From: an uncultured Gammaproteobacteria bacterium
GTDB taxonomy: Bacteria; Patescibacteriota; Patescibacteriia; Magasanikbacterales; UBA922
DNA length: 64,000 nucleotides
NCBI GenBank assembly: GCA_964418775.1
Contig: CAYQNA010000001.1
Coordinates: 64,446-128,445 of the forward strand
Direction: 5' to 3'
This document shows positions 53,737-63,316 of the stretch, piece after piece. Within the stretch, counting starts at the first letter, position 1, and every line of letters begins with the position of its first letter. Under the pieces are notes generated by a model that was not told the origin of the DNA, searched no databases, and saw nothing but the letters and a program-made list of their open reading frames with translations. Position numbers and translations under genes: made by a program.

Positions 53737-55182
53737 ATGCCTCAGGCAAAAAAACACGTCAGTCGGTCGCGCGCTCCGCGCGTTAGCCGAAGCAATCGCA
53801 CCAGCGCGGTCGCAACCCAGACCCTAACTAACACCAAACTAGCTTTGGCGACTTTGTTTTTGGGCTTTTCTTCGTTAGCTGCTGCGGCCAGCTCCACCCC
53901 AATGTCTGCGGCTGATCAAGCACGTATTGATGCACGCATGGCTCATCAAATGAACGGAACCTCAGCTTCACCAACGCCTGTTACTGCCACGTCTACGGTA
54001 CCCACGAGTACAGGGTCTCAGGTGAAAACGAGTCCAAGAGGATTTGTAACATTTAATTATAATAATGATAAAAAAACGGATAGAATTTTGACAAGCGGCG
54101 AGAGTATACGGGTTCAGTGGTATATGAGTGGTCATGGGAACCCAATTAGTTTACGTAAGATTTCATTTATAGTAAAGACTTATGGTGGCCCGACAAATGC
54201 TGCTGATTTTTCCCAGTTTGTACTAAAAAGTGGTTTTTACTCCGAAAAGGTTTTGGCAACTGCGGTTTTGCAGCCAAATAGCGATAAAATTACGTTTGTT
54301 TTACCAGAGCCACTGGTTTTAAACAAGTATAATACAGCTCCTTATGGTAATTATGGCGGAGTGGCTCTTTATTTAGAAGCAAAAGCGTCAACCTCTGGGC
54401 TAATGACACCGGGAGCAGTTCATACTTTTGATTTTGCTCCTGACACGCCGGAAAATATCGAAGTCATGGACATGGCTACCGGAGATTTGTTAGGACCAGA
54501 AAGAATCGTGTTTGGATCTAAGTCTGCGGGCAAAGCGGATATTGCCTTACCCAGTGAGGCAATCTTAATGCATAATACAGCGCCAGTGATTACTAAGTGG
54601 GGGACAGCCTTAAGCTCTTCTCAATCTGCACAATTGAATTTATTTTCGATCACGGCTAAGGGCGACCGGGATTTAAAGTTCAAAGGGATTAACTTTGATA
54701 TTTCTGTTGAAGGGTTGGGCGCAAACGGCAATGATGTGGGTAAGATTCATAGTTTTAGGTTGCACGAAAGCGGTCAGGGCGGTGGAATGAAACAACAAAT
54801 TGGTAAAACATACCCACTTTGTTTGGCAGGGGCAGCTGGCGTTACCACCCCAATGAAGTGTCGATTTGCCACTAACGAGACAGTTTATTTTGAACCAGAC
54901 TCAACAAGTCCAATTATTATCCCCGCCGGCACCACTCGTTATTTCTACCTTGTAGCCGACACAACTGATATTTTAAAGGGAAAAACTACTGGTTCGGTTT
55001 CGGTTAGGACCACCGTAAAGGGTGAGACTGGTCTGAAAGTTGGCAATAATGGGTATGAGAAAAATTGGGCTGATGGCGGCTTTGTTTATGAGTATACTCC
55101 GATTAACAGTAGTGTGAAGGGTCCTTTTACAGCTTCGGATTCATACCCAATGAACGGCATTGTGGAGTCTATTAGTCTTTAG
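53737..55182 (+). CDS. Hypothetical secreted protein
   Basis: N-terminal basic region plus hydrophobic segment (LALATLFLGFSSLAAAAS). The rest is S/T-rich and beta-rich. Confidence 0.45.
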   Translation: MPQAKKHVSRSRAPRVSRSNRTSAVATQTLTNTKLALATLFLGFSSLAAAASSTPMSAADQARIDARMAHQMNGTSASPTPVTATSTVPTSTGSQVKTSPRGFVTFNYNNDKKTDRILTSGESIRVQWYMSGHGNPISLRKISFIVKTYGGPTNAADFSQFVLKSGFYSEKVLATAVLQPNSDKITFVLPEPLVLNKYNTAPYGNYGGVALYLEAKASTSGLMTPGAVHTFDFAPDTPENIEVMDMATGDLLGPERIVFGSKSAGKADIALPSEAILMHNTAPVITKWGTALSSSQSAQLNLFSITAKGDRDLKFKGINFDISVEGLGANGNDVGKIHSFRLHESGQGGGMKQQIGKTYPLCLAGAAGVTTPMKCRFATNETVYFEPDSTSPIIIPAGTTRYFYLVADTTDILKGKTTGSVSVRTTVKGETGLKVGNNGYEKNWADGGFVYEYTPINSSVKGPFTASDSYPMNGIVESISL

Positions 55183-55189
55183 CTTGACA

Positions 55190-55374
55190 GGCCGCAGGCC
55201 TTGGGTTAGAGTATAAGGGACACGTTTGCACGAGAACCAGCCCAGCCCTACGGCATGGTACCACTCTCGGAGTGTCAAGACAGTTTATTGAGTAAATTAT
55301 CGGGTGGAACCGTCAATGATTCATTGACCCCGGTACGCTTGTAAAAGGGCGTATCGGGGTTTTTATTTTTTCAT
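55190..55374 (+). promoter_or_regulatory. thrS leader: promoter plus probable T-box riboswitch with intrinsic terminator
   Basis: TTGACA at 55191. T-box-like sequence AAATTATCGGGTGGAACCGTC (compare AAUUAGGGUGGNACCGCG). AGAGTA in the Stem I region. ACC (Thr codon) in GAGAACCAG. Terminator hairpin CCCCGGTACGC ... GCGTATCGGGG followed by TTTTTATTTTTT just before the thrS ATG. Confidence 0.5.
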
Positions 55375-57123
55375 ATGGATAAAGAACAATTGCAGGGTTT
55401 GCGGCATTCGGCCGCGCATTTGTTGGCCGCAGCCGTGGCCGAATTGTGGCCAAATGCCAAGCGCACAATTGGCCCAGCGATCGACACTGGGTTTTATTAT
55501 GATTTTGATTTTGGGGCAACCAAAATTTCGGAAACTGATTTTCCTACAATTGACGCGAAAATGCAGGAATTGGTGAAAAATTGGACCAGTTTTTCGCACC
55601 GCGAAGTAAGCAAAGACGAGGCACTCGAGTATTTTAAAGACAATGAGTATAAACAAGAATTAATTAATGAATTTGCGGGCGAGGGAAGCGCGCTCACGTT
55701 TTACACGTCGGGTAATTTTACTGATTTGTGTCGCGGCGGACATACGGAAGACCCAAGTAAAGTGCTGAAACATTTTAAATTGCTCACCATTGCAGGTGCG
55801 TATTGGCGTGGTGATGAGAAAAATAAAATGTTGACGCGCATTTATGGCACAGCGTTTGAGACTGCCGAGGGCTTGAACAATTATTTAGTTCAATTAGAAG
55901 AAGCCCGCAAACGTGACCATCGCCGTTTGGGCAAAGAGCTGGATTTGTTTGTGTTTTCCGATTTAGTTGGGCCGGGGTTGCCACTTTTCACGCCAAAAGG
56001 TGCGTTTGTGCGTCGTGAATTGCAAAAGTTTGTGAACGAATTGCAACAGGGAATTGGGTATCAGGAAGTGTGGACACCACAATTGACCAAAGCCGAACTC
56101 TTCAAAACGTCGGGCCACTATGATAAGTATAAGGAAGACATGTTCCATGCGCGTTCGAATTACAGCGAAGAGGAATTTTTCCTTAAGCCAATGAACTGCC
56201 CAATGCACACGCAATTGTTTGCGAGTCGTTCGCGCAGTTACCGCGACTTGCCGCTCCGCTACAGTGATTTTGCGAATTTGTACCGCGACGAACGTCCAGG
56301 TGAATTGTCTGGACTCACACGTTTGCGCGCGTTTTCGCAGGATGATGCACACTGCTTCTGCCGTGAAGACCAAATCGAAGCCGAGTTTTTGAATGTATCC
56401 AAAGTAATTGCCACTGCGATTGCCAAATTTGGCATGAAGTATTGGGTGCGTTTGTCGCTCTGGGACCCAAACAATCAGGCAAAATATTTAGGTTCGCCCG
56501 AAGTGTGGGAACGCGCACAGGCCAAGCTCGAAAGTATTGTGAAGCAGGTGGGCGTGGAGTACAAACGCGTGGAAGGGGACGCGGCGATTTATGGGCCAAA
56601 AATGGACTTTATTGCGGTGGACGCACTCGGTCGCGAGTGGCAAATTTCGACGATTCAGTTGGACTTTATTCAACCAGAGCGCTTTGAATTGGAGTATACC
56701 GATGCCGATGGCCAGAAGAAGCGTCCTGTGATGATCCACCGCGCGATTTTGGGCTCCCCAGAGCGTTTTATGGGTCTTTTGATCGAACATACGGCTGGGG
56801 CCCTTCCGGTGTGGCTAGCGCCTATCCAGGTGCTTCTGGCGCCTGTTTCTGGGGAGAAGCATGGTGCTGGTGCCGAGGCCATGGCGGCCGAGTGGCGCAA
56901 GGCTGGTATTCGCGTGGAAGTTGATGCGGCCAATGAAACCATTGGCAAAAAAGTGCGCAATGCGTCAGCGCAAAAAATTCCGTATATTGTGGTCGCTGGT
57001 GACCGCGAATTGTCTGGTGAATCACTTAGTGTAAAAGTTTTGGGCCAAGAAGAGCCACTCGTGATTAGTGCGGCAGACTTTGTGGCACGGGTGGTATCGG
57101 AAACACGTGAACGTAGTCGCTAA
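55375..57123 (+). CDS. thrS: Threonine--tRNA ligase (lacks N-terminal TGS/N1 domain)
   Basis: Begins with the N2 editing-domain motif RHSAAHLLAAA. Class IIa motif 2 (YRDERPGELSGLTRLRAFSQDDAHCF), motif 3 (GSPERFMGLLIEH) and an anticodon-binding domain are present. Confidence 0.93.
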   Translation: MDKEQLQGLRHSAAHLLAAAVAELWPNAKRTIGPAIDTGFYYDFDFGATKISETDFPTIDAKMQELVKNWTSFSHREVSKDEALEYFKDNEYKQELINEFAGEGSALTFYTSGNFTDLCRGGHTEDPSKVLKHFKLLTIAGAYWRGDEKNKMLTRIYGTAFETAEGLNNYLVQLEEARKRDHRRLGKELDLFVFSDLVGPGLPLFTPKGAFVRRELQKFVNELQQGIGYQEVWTPQLTKAELFKTSGHYDKYKEDMFHARSNYSEEEFFLKPMNCPMHTQLFASRSRSYRDLPLRYSDFANLYRDERPGELSGLTRLRAFSQDDAHCFCREDQIEAEFLNVSKVIATAIAKFGMKYWVRLSLWDPNNQAKYLGSPEVWERAQAKLESIVKQVGVEYKRVEGDAAIYGPKMDFIAVDALGREWQISTIQLDFIQPERFELEYTDADGQKKRPVMIHRAILGSPERFMGLLIEHTAGALPVWLAPIQVLLAPVSGEKHGAGAEAMAAEWRKAGIRVEVDAANETIGKKVRNASAQKIPYIVVAGDRELSGESLSVKVLGQEEPLVISAADFVARVVSETRERSR

Positions 57124-57135
57124 GCAATTATTCAA

Positions 57136-57170
57136 CCAAACAAAAAACCTCCCACACGGGAGGTTTTTAA
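57136..57170. terminator. Rho-independent terminator, bidirectional
   Basis: AAAAAACCTCCCACACGGGAGGTTTTTAATT between convergent thrS and the downstream minus-strand gene. Confidence 0.8.
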
Positions 57171-57183
57171 TTACCTAGTTTAT

Positions 57184-59160
57184 TTACAGACCTTTCAAAG
57201 CTTCCTTGGCAGCGTGGAGAGCAGTGATGCGCTCAGCCGTAATACCTGGGTCTTCGTGGATGTTGATAATCTTGTCAGCCAACAAGGCGCGAGCTTGGGC
57301 TGGAGTACTTTCGCTTAAAGCTGCGCGTACATCCTTTGGTAAAGCCTTCAAATACCGTTCTGCATCAGCACCAAATTTATTGTTTAAACTGCTTTCAATT
57401 TGGGACATTAAACCACCGCTTGGTTCAGCCACTTCAGCTTGCCTTGCAGCGCGTTCAGCTTTTACACGGTTTGCAATTTCAATTGCCTTGGCTTTGTGAG
57501 CCAGTGCACGCTCTGAAGCAGCTGACTTTGGGGCAAAATCTTTCTTAATAAGACTGGCTAATGCGTTTTTAGGAATCAGGTCATCTGCAATCTTGGCAGC
57601 CTTTGCGCGGTTTTCACGTGCTAAAGCAGCTTCTTTTTTGGCAGCGGCAATGCTCCTGGCAAAACTATCAACTGGCTTAGCCTTGGTGGATTCTTTTTTA
57701 CTTGTTTTCTTGGTAGTTACGATTGGCTTAACTTCGAGTGTGGTTGACTCTGGTTCAGCAAAAACCGGAGCTTTAGCAGCGTCAGGTGGGATTGAATGAT
57801 CTGCAAAAACATCGATCTTAGGTGTGCGACGTGGAGAAGACTCGGTGCGAACGGATTTTTTGGTTGTTCTCAAATCTAATGCCTCGTCAATTGAACGTGC
57901 CTGCGAAACTGTTTCTGCTTCGGCTGAACGAGCTGGGGTATACTCAGTGCGCTCACGACGAGGGCGAGCCGTGGCTTCAACTTCGGCCTTTTGTGGGGCA
58001 ATTGTAATTTCAGGAAATTGATAGAGGCCATCTTGTGTGTCGGCTTGAGTACTTTCTGCTTTTGGGGCAACTGCGCTGACTTTGACAGGTTCACCAATAT
58101 CGCGCGCTTTAGCTTCGTGGCCGCCAACTGTAGCGGCGACCGCTCCAATTGTGGCTAAACCAGCAACACCGCCACCAATACCAGCGGCCCAGTCACCGCT
58201 ATAATCTCGACGAACGCGTCTTTTTGGTGCGGAAGTTGTCTGAGTAATTTTTTGCTCAACACCTGCGGGCAATTCAGCCCTTTGCGGCATTGGGCCAACG
58301 GCAATGGCGTCACGCAAAGTCTGAAGGGAAATAATATTTTGGTATTCACGTGAACTTTTTTGTTTTTCTGCTCTGCGGCCACGACTAAGGAAGTTCATTG
58401 CTTTATTCCAGCCGCCAATTGGTTGTGGATCGCCGTGCAAATCAAGAGTAAATTTACCTTTATTTTCGAAAGCACGAATTGTTTTGTCAATTGCACCCAA
58501 AAGGGCTGGGGTGTTCTGTAAATCAACCTGGCCAGACACAAAGTCAGAGTGCTGGATAGCATCAATTAACTCTTCACTAAGTGCATTCTGAACAGTACCA
58601 GCGTCAATTCCTAACTTGACGAGAGTTGAGTATAGACGTTCGGTGTTGTTTACTGGTATGCGTTTAATCTCACCACGAGCAATTGGGGCACTATACAACT
58701 CAGTTAAAGATGATAAACGGGCGAGACTTTGTTTAACGTTTTCGTAGGTATGGGCCTGTTCGCCAGCTTCGTCTAAAATTAGAGTGTTGTCTGTTTCAAA
58801 GGTAAACCCTAAACTTTCTAAATAGTGACGTTCGGCGGCGGCCATTGGTGCAGCTGCGGCTTTAACCATCTCCCATATATCACGTTCTGTCGGAATTCCG
58901 TCAGCTTCGAGATTGAGCCCGTTTTGGATGCGACGGTACATGGTCATGCGCGCTTCTGGTGGCAGGCCAGTTTTTTCAATCACTGAGAGAATTTTGCGGC
59001 CAACTTTTTCTTCGTCAGTAGCCGCTTCGCGTTTTTGGTTAATTTCTTCGGTGTGTTGCTGTTGATCAGGATTTTCAGCATTCTCAAAACTTTCAGGTTC
59101 TAGCGAGTGGTCCAAGGGTGATTCAATTTTTGGGCTATCAAATTCTGAAGTGTCGCGCAT
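57184..59160 (-). CDS. Large hypothetical protein with glycine-zipper TM segment and Lys/Ala-rich coiled-coil C-terminus
   Basis: Start chosen at ATG 59160 (MRDTSEFDSP...) to avoid overlap with miaA. Gly-zipper GDWAAGIGGGVAGLATIGAVAATVGG. Long K/A/E-rich C-terminal half. No catalytic motif. Confidence 0.5.
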   Translation of the reverse strand: MRDTSEFDSPKIESPLDHSLEPESFENAENPDQQQHTEEINQKREAATDEEKVGRKILSVIEKTGLPPEARMTMYRRIQNGLNLEADGIPTERDIWEMVKAAAAPMAAAERHYLESLGFTFETDNTLILDEAGEQAHTYENVKQSLARLSSLTELYSAPIARGEIKRIPVNNTERLYSTLVKLGIDAGTVQNALSEELIDAIQHSDFVSGQVDLQNTPALLGAIDKTIRAFENKGKFTLDLHGDPQPIGGWNKAMNFLSRGRRAEKQKSSREYQNIISLQTLRDAIAVGPMPQRAELPAGVEQKITQTTSAPKRRVRRDYSGDWAAGIGGGVAGLATIGAVAATVGGHEAKARDIGEPVKVSAVAPKAESTQADTQDGLYQFPEITIAPQKAEVEATARPRRERTEYTPARSAEAETVSQARSIDEALDLRTTKKSVRTESSPRRTPKIDVFADHSIPPDAAKAPVFAEPESTTLEVKPIVTTKKTSKKESTKAKPVDSFARSIAAAKKEAALARENRAKAAKIADDLIPKNALASLIKKDFAPKSAASERALAHKAKAIEIANRVKAERAARQAEVAEPSGGLMSQIESSLNNKFGADAERYLKALPKDVRAALSESTPAQARALLADKIINIHEDPGITAERITALHAAKEALKGL

Positions 59161-59275
59161 AAAATTATGAAGAAAAAAGATTAGGCCAAGTATAGCAAAC
59201 TCCGCAAAATTGAGCAAAGAAATTGTCCACCGGGACTTGCGTTTTTGGGTGGGGAACGATACACTGGTGCCAATT

Positions 59276-60208
59276 ATGTTAGAAGTATTGCCAAAATTAA
59301 TTGTAATTTGCGGGCCAACCGCCAGTGGCAAGACGCAGTGGGGGGTGGACCTGGCGAAGCGGTTCAATGGGACCGTGATTTCGGCTGATTCGCGCCAGAT
59401 TTATAAGAAAATGGCGATTGGCACGGCCCAGCCCGAGGGTGAGTGGCGGCGCAATGGGTTGCGTAAGTCGTTTTTTGTCCAAGATGTGCCGCACCATTTG
59501 ATTGGTTTTTTGGACCCGGGGAAAACTTTTAGCGCGGCTGAGTTTCGTGACCGGGCGCTTAAATATACTAAATTGATTCGACAGGCGGGTAAGGTGCCAA
59601 TGGTTGTGGGCGGCACAGGCTTGTATGTGTCTGCACTCGTGGATAATTTTTCAATTCCGCGTGTGCCAGCAAGTCCCAAGCTGCGGCGGAGTTTGGAGGA
59701 AAAACCATTGCCTGAACTGGTTGCACTATTACAGAAACTAGACCCCGAGGCGGCGGGTGTGATTGATACGCATAATCCACGGCGTTTGGTGCGAGCACTC
59801 GAGGTGTGTATTATGACGGGCGAGCCATTTTCCGCGCAGAAAAAGAAAGGGGCGCCATTGTTTGATGTGTTGCAAATTGGCATTCGCGTGCCGCGTGAGG
59901 TTTTGTATAACCGCATTAATGAGCGGGTGGATGCGATGATGAGGGCCGGGCTTTTGAAGGAAGTGGAAGCGTTATTAAAGCAAAAATACAGTTGGGCCCT
60001 GCCAAGCATGAATGGAATTGGGTATCGCGAATTTCGCGAATATCTGGAGGGGCGTGCAACACTGCCGACTGTGGTCGAAATGATTAAGCAGGATACACGT
60101 CAATACGCGCGTCGCCAGCTTACGTGGTTCAACCGCGATAACCGGGTTGTGTGGTGTGATGATTTTGCCGAAGCGGCGAAGAAAGTTGAACAGTTTTTGG
60201 GTGTGTAG
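59276..60208 (+). CDS. miaA: tRNA dimethylallyltransferase
   Basis: LIVICGPTASGKT P-loop, DSRQIYK, GGTGLY. Start at MLEVLPK (ATG 59276). Confidence 0.9.
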   Translation: MLEVLPKLIVICGPTASGKTQWGVDLAKRFNGTVISADSRQIYKKMAIGTAQPEGEWRRNGLRKSFFVQDVPHHLIGFLDPGKTFSAAEFRDRALKYTKLIRQAGKVPMVVGGTGLYVSALVDNFSIPRVPASPKLRRSLEEKPLPELVALLQKLDPEAAGVIDTHNPRRLVRALEVCIMTGEPFSAQKKKGAPLFDVLQIGIRVPREVLYNRINERVDAMMRAGLLKEVEALLKQKYSWALPSMNGIGYREFREYLEGRATLPTVVEMIKQDTRQYARRQLTWFNRDNRVVWCDDFAEAAKKVEQFLGV

Positions 60209-60217
60209 TGTGATATA

Positions 60218-60922
60218 ATGGGGGATATGCCTTTGAATTCGTTACCGCCAATTTTGCCAGTTGCCCGCCCAGGCAGTATGTCTGGTGTGGGTGGTTTTGG
60301 GCGACCGGTTGGACCGACGCCACCGCGCGCACAGAATTTTTCTGTGGCCAAATTGCAACAGACTCGCGACCTGGAAAATTCGCGCGTGTCTATGAACCAG
60401 GCCATGCGTTTGCGCGATGAAAATCGTTCCAGTGGTGCAGTTTCTTCGATTTTCCGCGTGGGACAAGCGAATAATGCGCCAACAACATCAATCAACCGTC
60501 CGGCAGTGGAGCGTGACGCAGCTGGTAGTATGCAAAACGACGCTGGTGCTGACGACCGTCGCTACTCATACGTGCGTCGTTTGATTAAACAGCGTCAGGC
60601 CACGGAAGCGGCCGAAGGCAAGGGCGAAAACTCTGCTTTTGGTGTGCATACGGGTAGTCAATTCCGTGGCAAATTATTACACAAACAATTTGGTAAATTA
60701 ATTCGCGCCAATCGGGCGACATATAACACAATCGGTGCCAAAGAGCGTGCGTTTTTTGAAGATTTGGTTAAAAGCCATGCGGCGCACAAAGCCACAGGCG
60801 CTGGTTTTCATCGCCACGACCGTTTGTCCATGCGTATGGAAGTTGAAAAAGCCCGGCAAGCCGGGCAATTGTCATACATTAACGCGCAACACTTTAAAAA
60901 ACTAATTGACGGCCTGGAGTAA
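60218..60922 (+). CDS. Hypothetical protein
   Basis: 234 aa, low-complexity Gly/Pro-rich N-terminus and basic C-terminal half. No motif recognised. Confidence 0.4.
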   Translation: MGDMPLNSLPPILPVARPGSMSGVGGFGRPVGPTPPRAQNFSVAKLQQTRDLENSRVSMNQAMRLRDENRSSGAVSSIFRVGQANNAPTTSINRPAVERDAAGSMQNDAGADDRRYSYVRRLIKQRQATEAAEGKGENSAFGVHTGSQFRGKLLHKQFGKLIRANRATYNTIGAKERAFFEDLVKSHAAHKATGAGFHRHDRLSMRMEVEKARQAGQLSYINAQHFKKLIDGLE

Positions 60923-62446
60923 TTAGCGCAATTGTTCGCGCAGAAGTTGTTCAGCTACAGCTGGGTCAGCGCTGCCTTCGGTCGCTTTCATGACCATGCC
61001 TTTGAGGAATTGAAGGACAGGCTCTTTGCCGGCTTTGAATTGGGCTACCTGAGCAGGGTAGCTTTTTAGTACATCAGCAATTATCGCGTTCAGTTCGCCT
61101 GCGTCGCTTTTTTGGCCATAGCCCTTGCTTTCCATGAGGTGAGTTGGGTCCATGTTAACGCCAGAGGCAACCATTTCACCCAGCATCTTCAGGCCATTGG
61201 TACTGTTCACGCGCCCCGCGGAAATCAAAGTCAGGAGCTCAGCAAAATTTTCGGCCGAGATTTTTAGATCTTTAATTGTTTCGTTGCGTTCGTTCAAAAT
61301 ACCGAGGAGTTTGCTCGTGATCCAACCACCAGCTAGGCGAGCCACATTGGTTTTTTTGTCTTCGGTTTCGGGTAAGCTGCGCATCCATTCGGCCAGTTCA
61401 CTCATGACTTGATCGGCAAACTGCACGAGCGCGCGGTCTGTGGACAAAAATTCCGCGTCGGCGTACGAAAAACCATGTTCGTCGCGTAGACGCGCACGGC
61501 AAGCAGACGGCAATTCAGGTAAATGGATTTCGCCCGCAATGGCGAGCGGGTGAAATGGGGGAATGTCTGGCTCAGGGAAATAGCGATAGTCTGCCGCGTT
61601 TTCTTTGATACGCTGCATCACGGTTTCGCCTTTGTTATCGTCCCAGCCGCGAGTTTGTTGTGGCCATGGTTCGCCAGCCTCGATCATTTTTGTTTGGCGG
61701 GCAATTTCAAATTGAATCGCTTTTTCCACAGCGCGGAAGGAGTTGATGTTTTTTACCTCGACTTTATTATTTAAAGTAGTGCCGGGCGCAGGCTTAACCA
61801 CACCGTCCTCAATCGTAAAGCTGCCCTCGACTTGTACGGAAACATTGGCCTCCACACGCATCTGACCTTTTTCCATATCAGCGTTGCTCACCCCCAAATA
61901 GCGGAGGAGTTGTTGCAACTCTTGGCCAAATTTTTTGGCTTCAGCCGCACTTTGAAAATCAGGGTCAGTCACAATTTCCACGAGGGGCGCACCCGAGCGA
62001 TTGAAGTTTACATACGTTGTGCCTGCGCTTTCGTGCAAGAGTTTGGCCGTGTCTTCTTCCAAATGCGCGCGCGTAATGCCAATTACGGCCACTTCGCGGA
62101 CATTATCTCCAGGCAAAAAACGGAGCTCGAGCGCACCATGCTCGGCAATTGGTTCGTCGTATTGCGAAATTTGGTATCCCTTTGGTAGGTCTGGGTAAAA
62201 GTAGTGCTTGCGGTCAAACTTAGACAGCTCGCGCACGTGTGCACCTAAAGCCTTGCCAATTTTAACCACACTCGCAATTGCGGCGCGGTTTGGTACAGGC
62301 AAAGTACCTGGGTGAGCCAGGCAAACTGGGCAAACAAGTGTATTTGCCTCCTGAACATCAGGCTGATTGGCACAGCTGCAGAACATTTTACTAGCTGTAG
62401 CCAGCTCCACGTGGATTTCCAAACCAATAATCGGGACAAGTTTCAT
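60923..62446 (-). CDS. gatB: Asp-tRNA(Asn)/Glu-tRNA(Gln) amidotransferase subunit B
   Basis: IIGLEIHVEL ... CSCAN at the N-terminus, canonical GatB core and C-terminal YqeY-like domain. 507 aa. Confidence 0.93.
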   Translation of the reverse strand: MKLVPIIGLEIHVELATASKMFCSCANQPDVQEANTLVCPVCLAHPGTLPVPNRAAIASVVKIGKALGAHVRELSKFDRKHYFYPDLPKGYQISQYDEPIAEHGALELRFLPGDNVREVAVIGITRAHLEEDTAKLLHESAGTTYVNFNRSGAPLVEIVTDPDFQSAAEAKKFGQELQQLLRYLGVSNADMEKGQMRVEANVSVQVEGSFTIEDGVVKPAPGTTLNNKVEVKNINSFRAVEKAIQFEIARQTKMIEAGEPWPQQTRGWDDNKGETVMQRIKENAADYRYFPEPDIPPFHPLAIAGEIHLPELPSACRARLRDEHGFSYADAEFLSTDRALVQFADQVMSELAEWMRSLPETEDKKTNVARLAGGWITSKLLGILNERNETIKDLKISAENFAELLTLISAGRVNSTNGLKMLGEMVASGVNMDPTHLMESKGYGQKSDAGELNAIIADVLKSYPAQVAQFKAGKEPVLQFLKGMVMKATEGSADPAVAEQLLREQLR

Positions 62447-62480
62447 ATGGGCCTATCCTAGCATGCTAACGCGTATTTGC

Positions 62481-63311
62481 CTAGGACCTGGCCTGGGTTT
62501 TGAGGTTCTCGTAAATAATCACAAGAGGGATAAAACCAATTGGTAAAAAGAAGGCGCTGAGGATCAAAACCACAAAACTGGACAAGAACCAGCTGCCTTG
62601 GAAGTTGATACCGGCAAAGTACCCGACTGGGGTGAGGAATAATAGGGAAATGATACTAACTATGATGGATAAAACAATCGTGTAAGCCAGTGTCCACCAG
62701 AACATTTGCCACCAGCGGCCTTTGAGAATAGAAGAGCTGGTTTTAAGAGCAGCTACACCGCGAGCGCCATCAATTGCAATTGCTGGTGTTACTAAGCTGT
62801 AACGCACACCAAGCCAGATAATTGCCGCTGCGCTCGCAAAGTAAGCCAACATAATGAGTCCTAATTTGCCAGCTGTTGGATATGTCAAAAAATAGAAAAC
62901 ACTAGAGATCATGATTATGGCTGGGATTAATTGCAATAAGGCCAACAACACCGATGTGTAAATGTATGGCCACAAAAGTGTGCGGGCAGTGTGGAGTTCA
63001 TTTACCATGGTTTCGTGTGGTTGACCAAGGTAGGCGCGGCGGATAGCACGGATTAAGGCGATGATAATTAGAATTGAGCCAAGCGCTAAAACCAGGCGTA
63101 AACTAAACATCAAAATTGTCACGGGCATTGGTGGAGCCACTCTTTCGTCGGCGGTGTTCAAAAATTCAGAGCCCAAAAATGTAATTGAGGCAATGAAATA
63201 TAGGGCAAACATGCCGGTTAAACTGATGGCGTACTTGGCCACCAAACCAAAATTTTTAAAATAGGTGCGAAAACTGTGCGCAATAATGTATCCAGCAGAG
63301 AGTTCGGCCAT
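62481..63311 (-). CDS. Hypothetical polytopic membrane protein
   Basis: About 7 TM helices. Architecture is similar to the 49844-50833 product. No motif. Confidence 0.45.
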   Translation of the reverse strand: MAELSAGYIIAHSFRTYFKNFGLVAKYAISLTGMFALYFIASITFLGSEFLNTADERVAPPMPVTILMFSLRLVLALGSILIIIALIRAIRRAYLGQPHETMVNELHTARTLLWPYIYTSVLLALLQLIPAIIMISSVFYFLTYPTAGKLGLIMLAYFASAAAIIWLGVRYSLVTPAIAIDGARGVAALKTSSSILKGRWWQMFWWTLAYTIVLSIIVSIISLLFLTPVGYFAGINFQGSWFLSSFVVLILSAFFLPIGFIPLVIIYENLKTQARS

Positions 63312-63316
63312 AGGCT

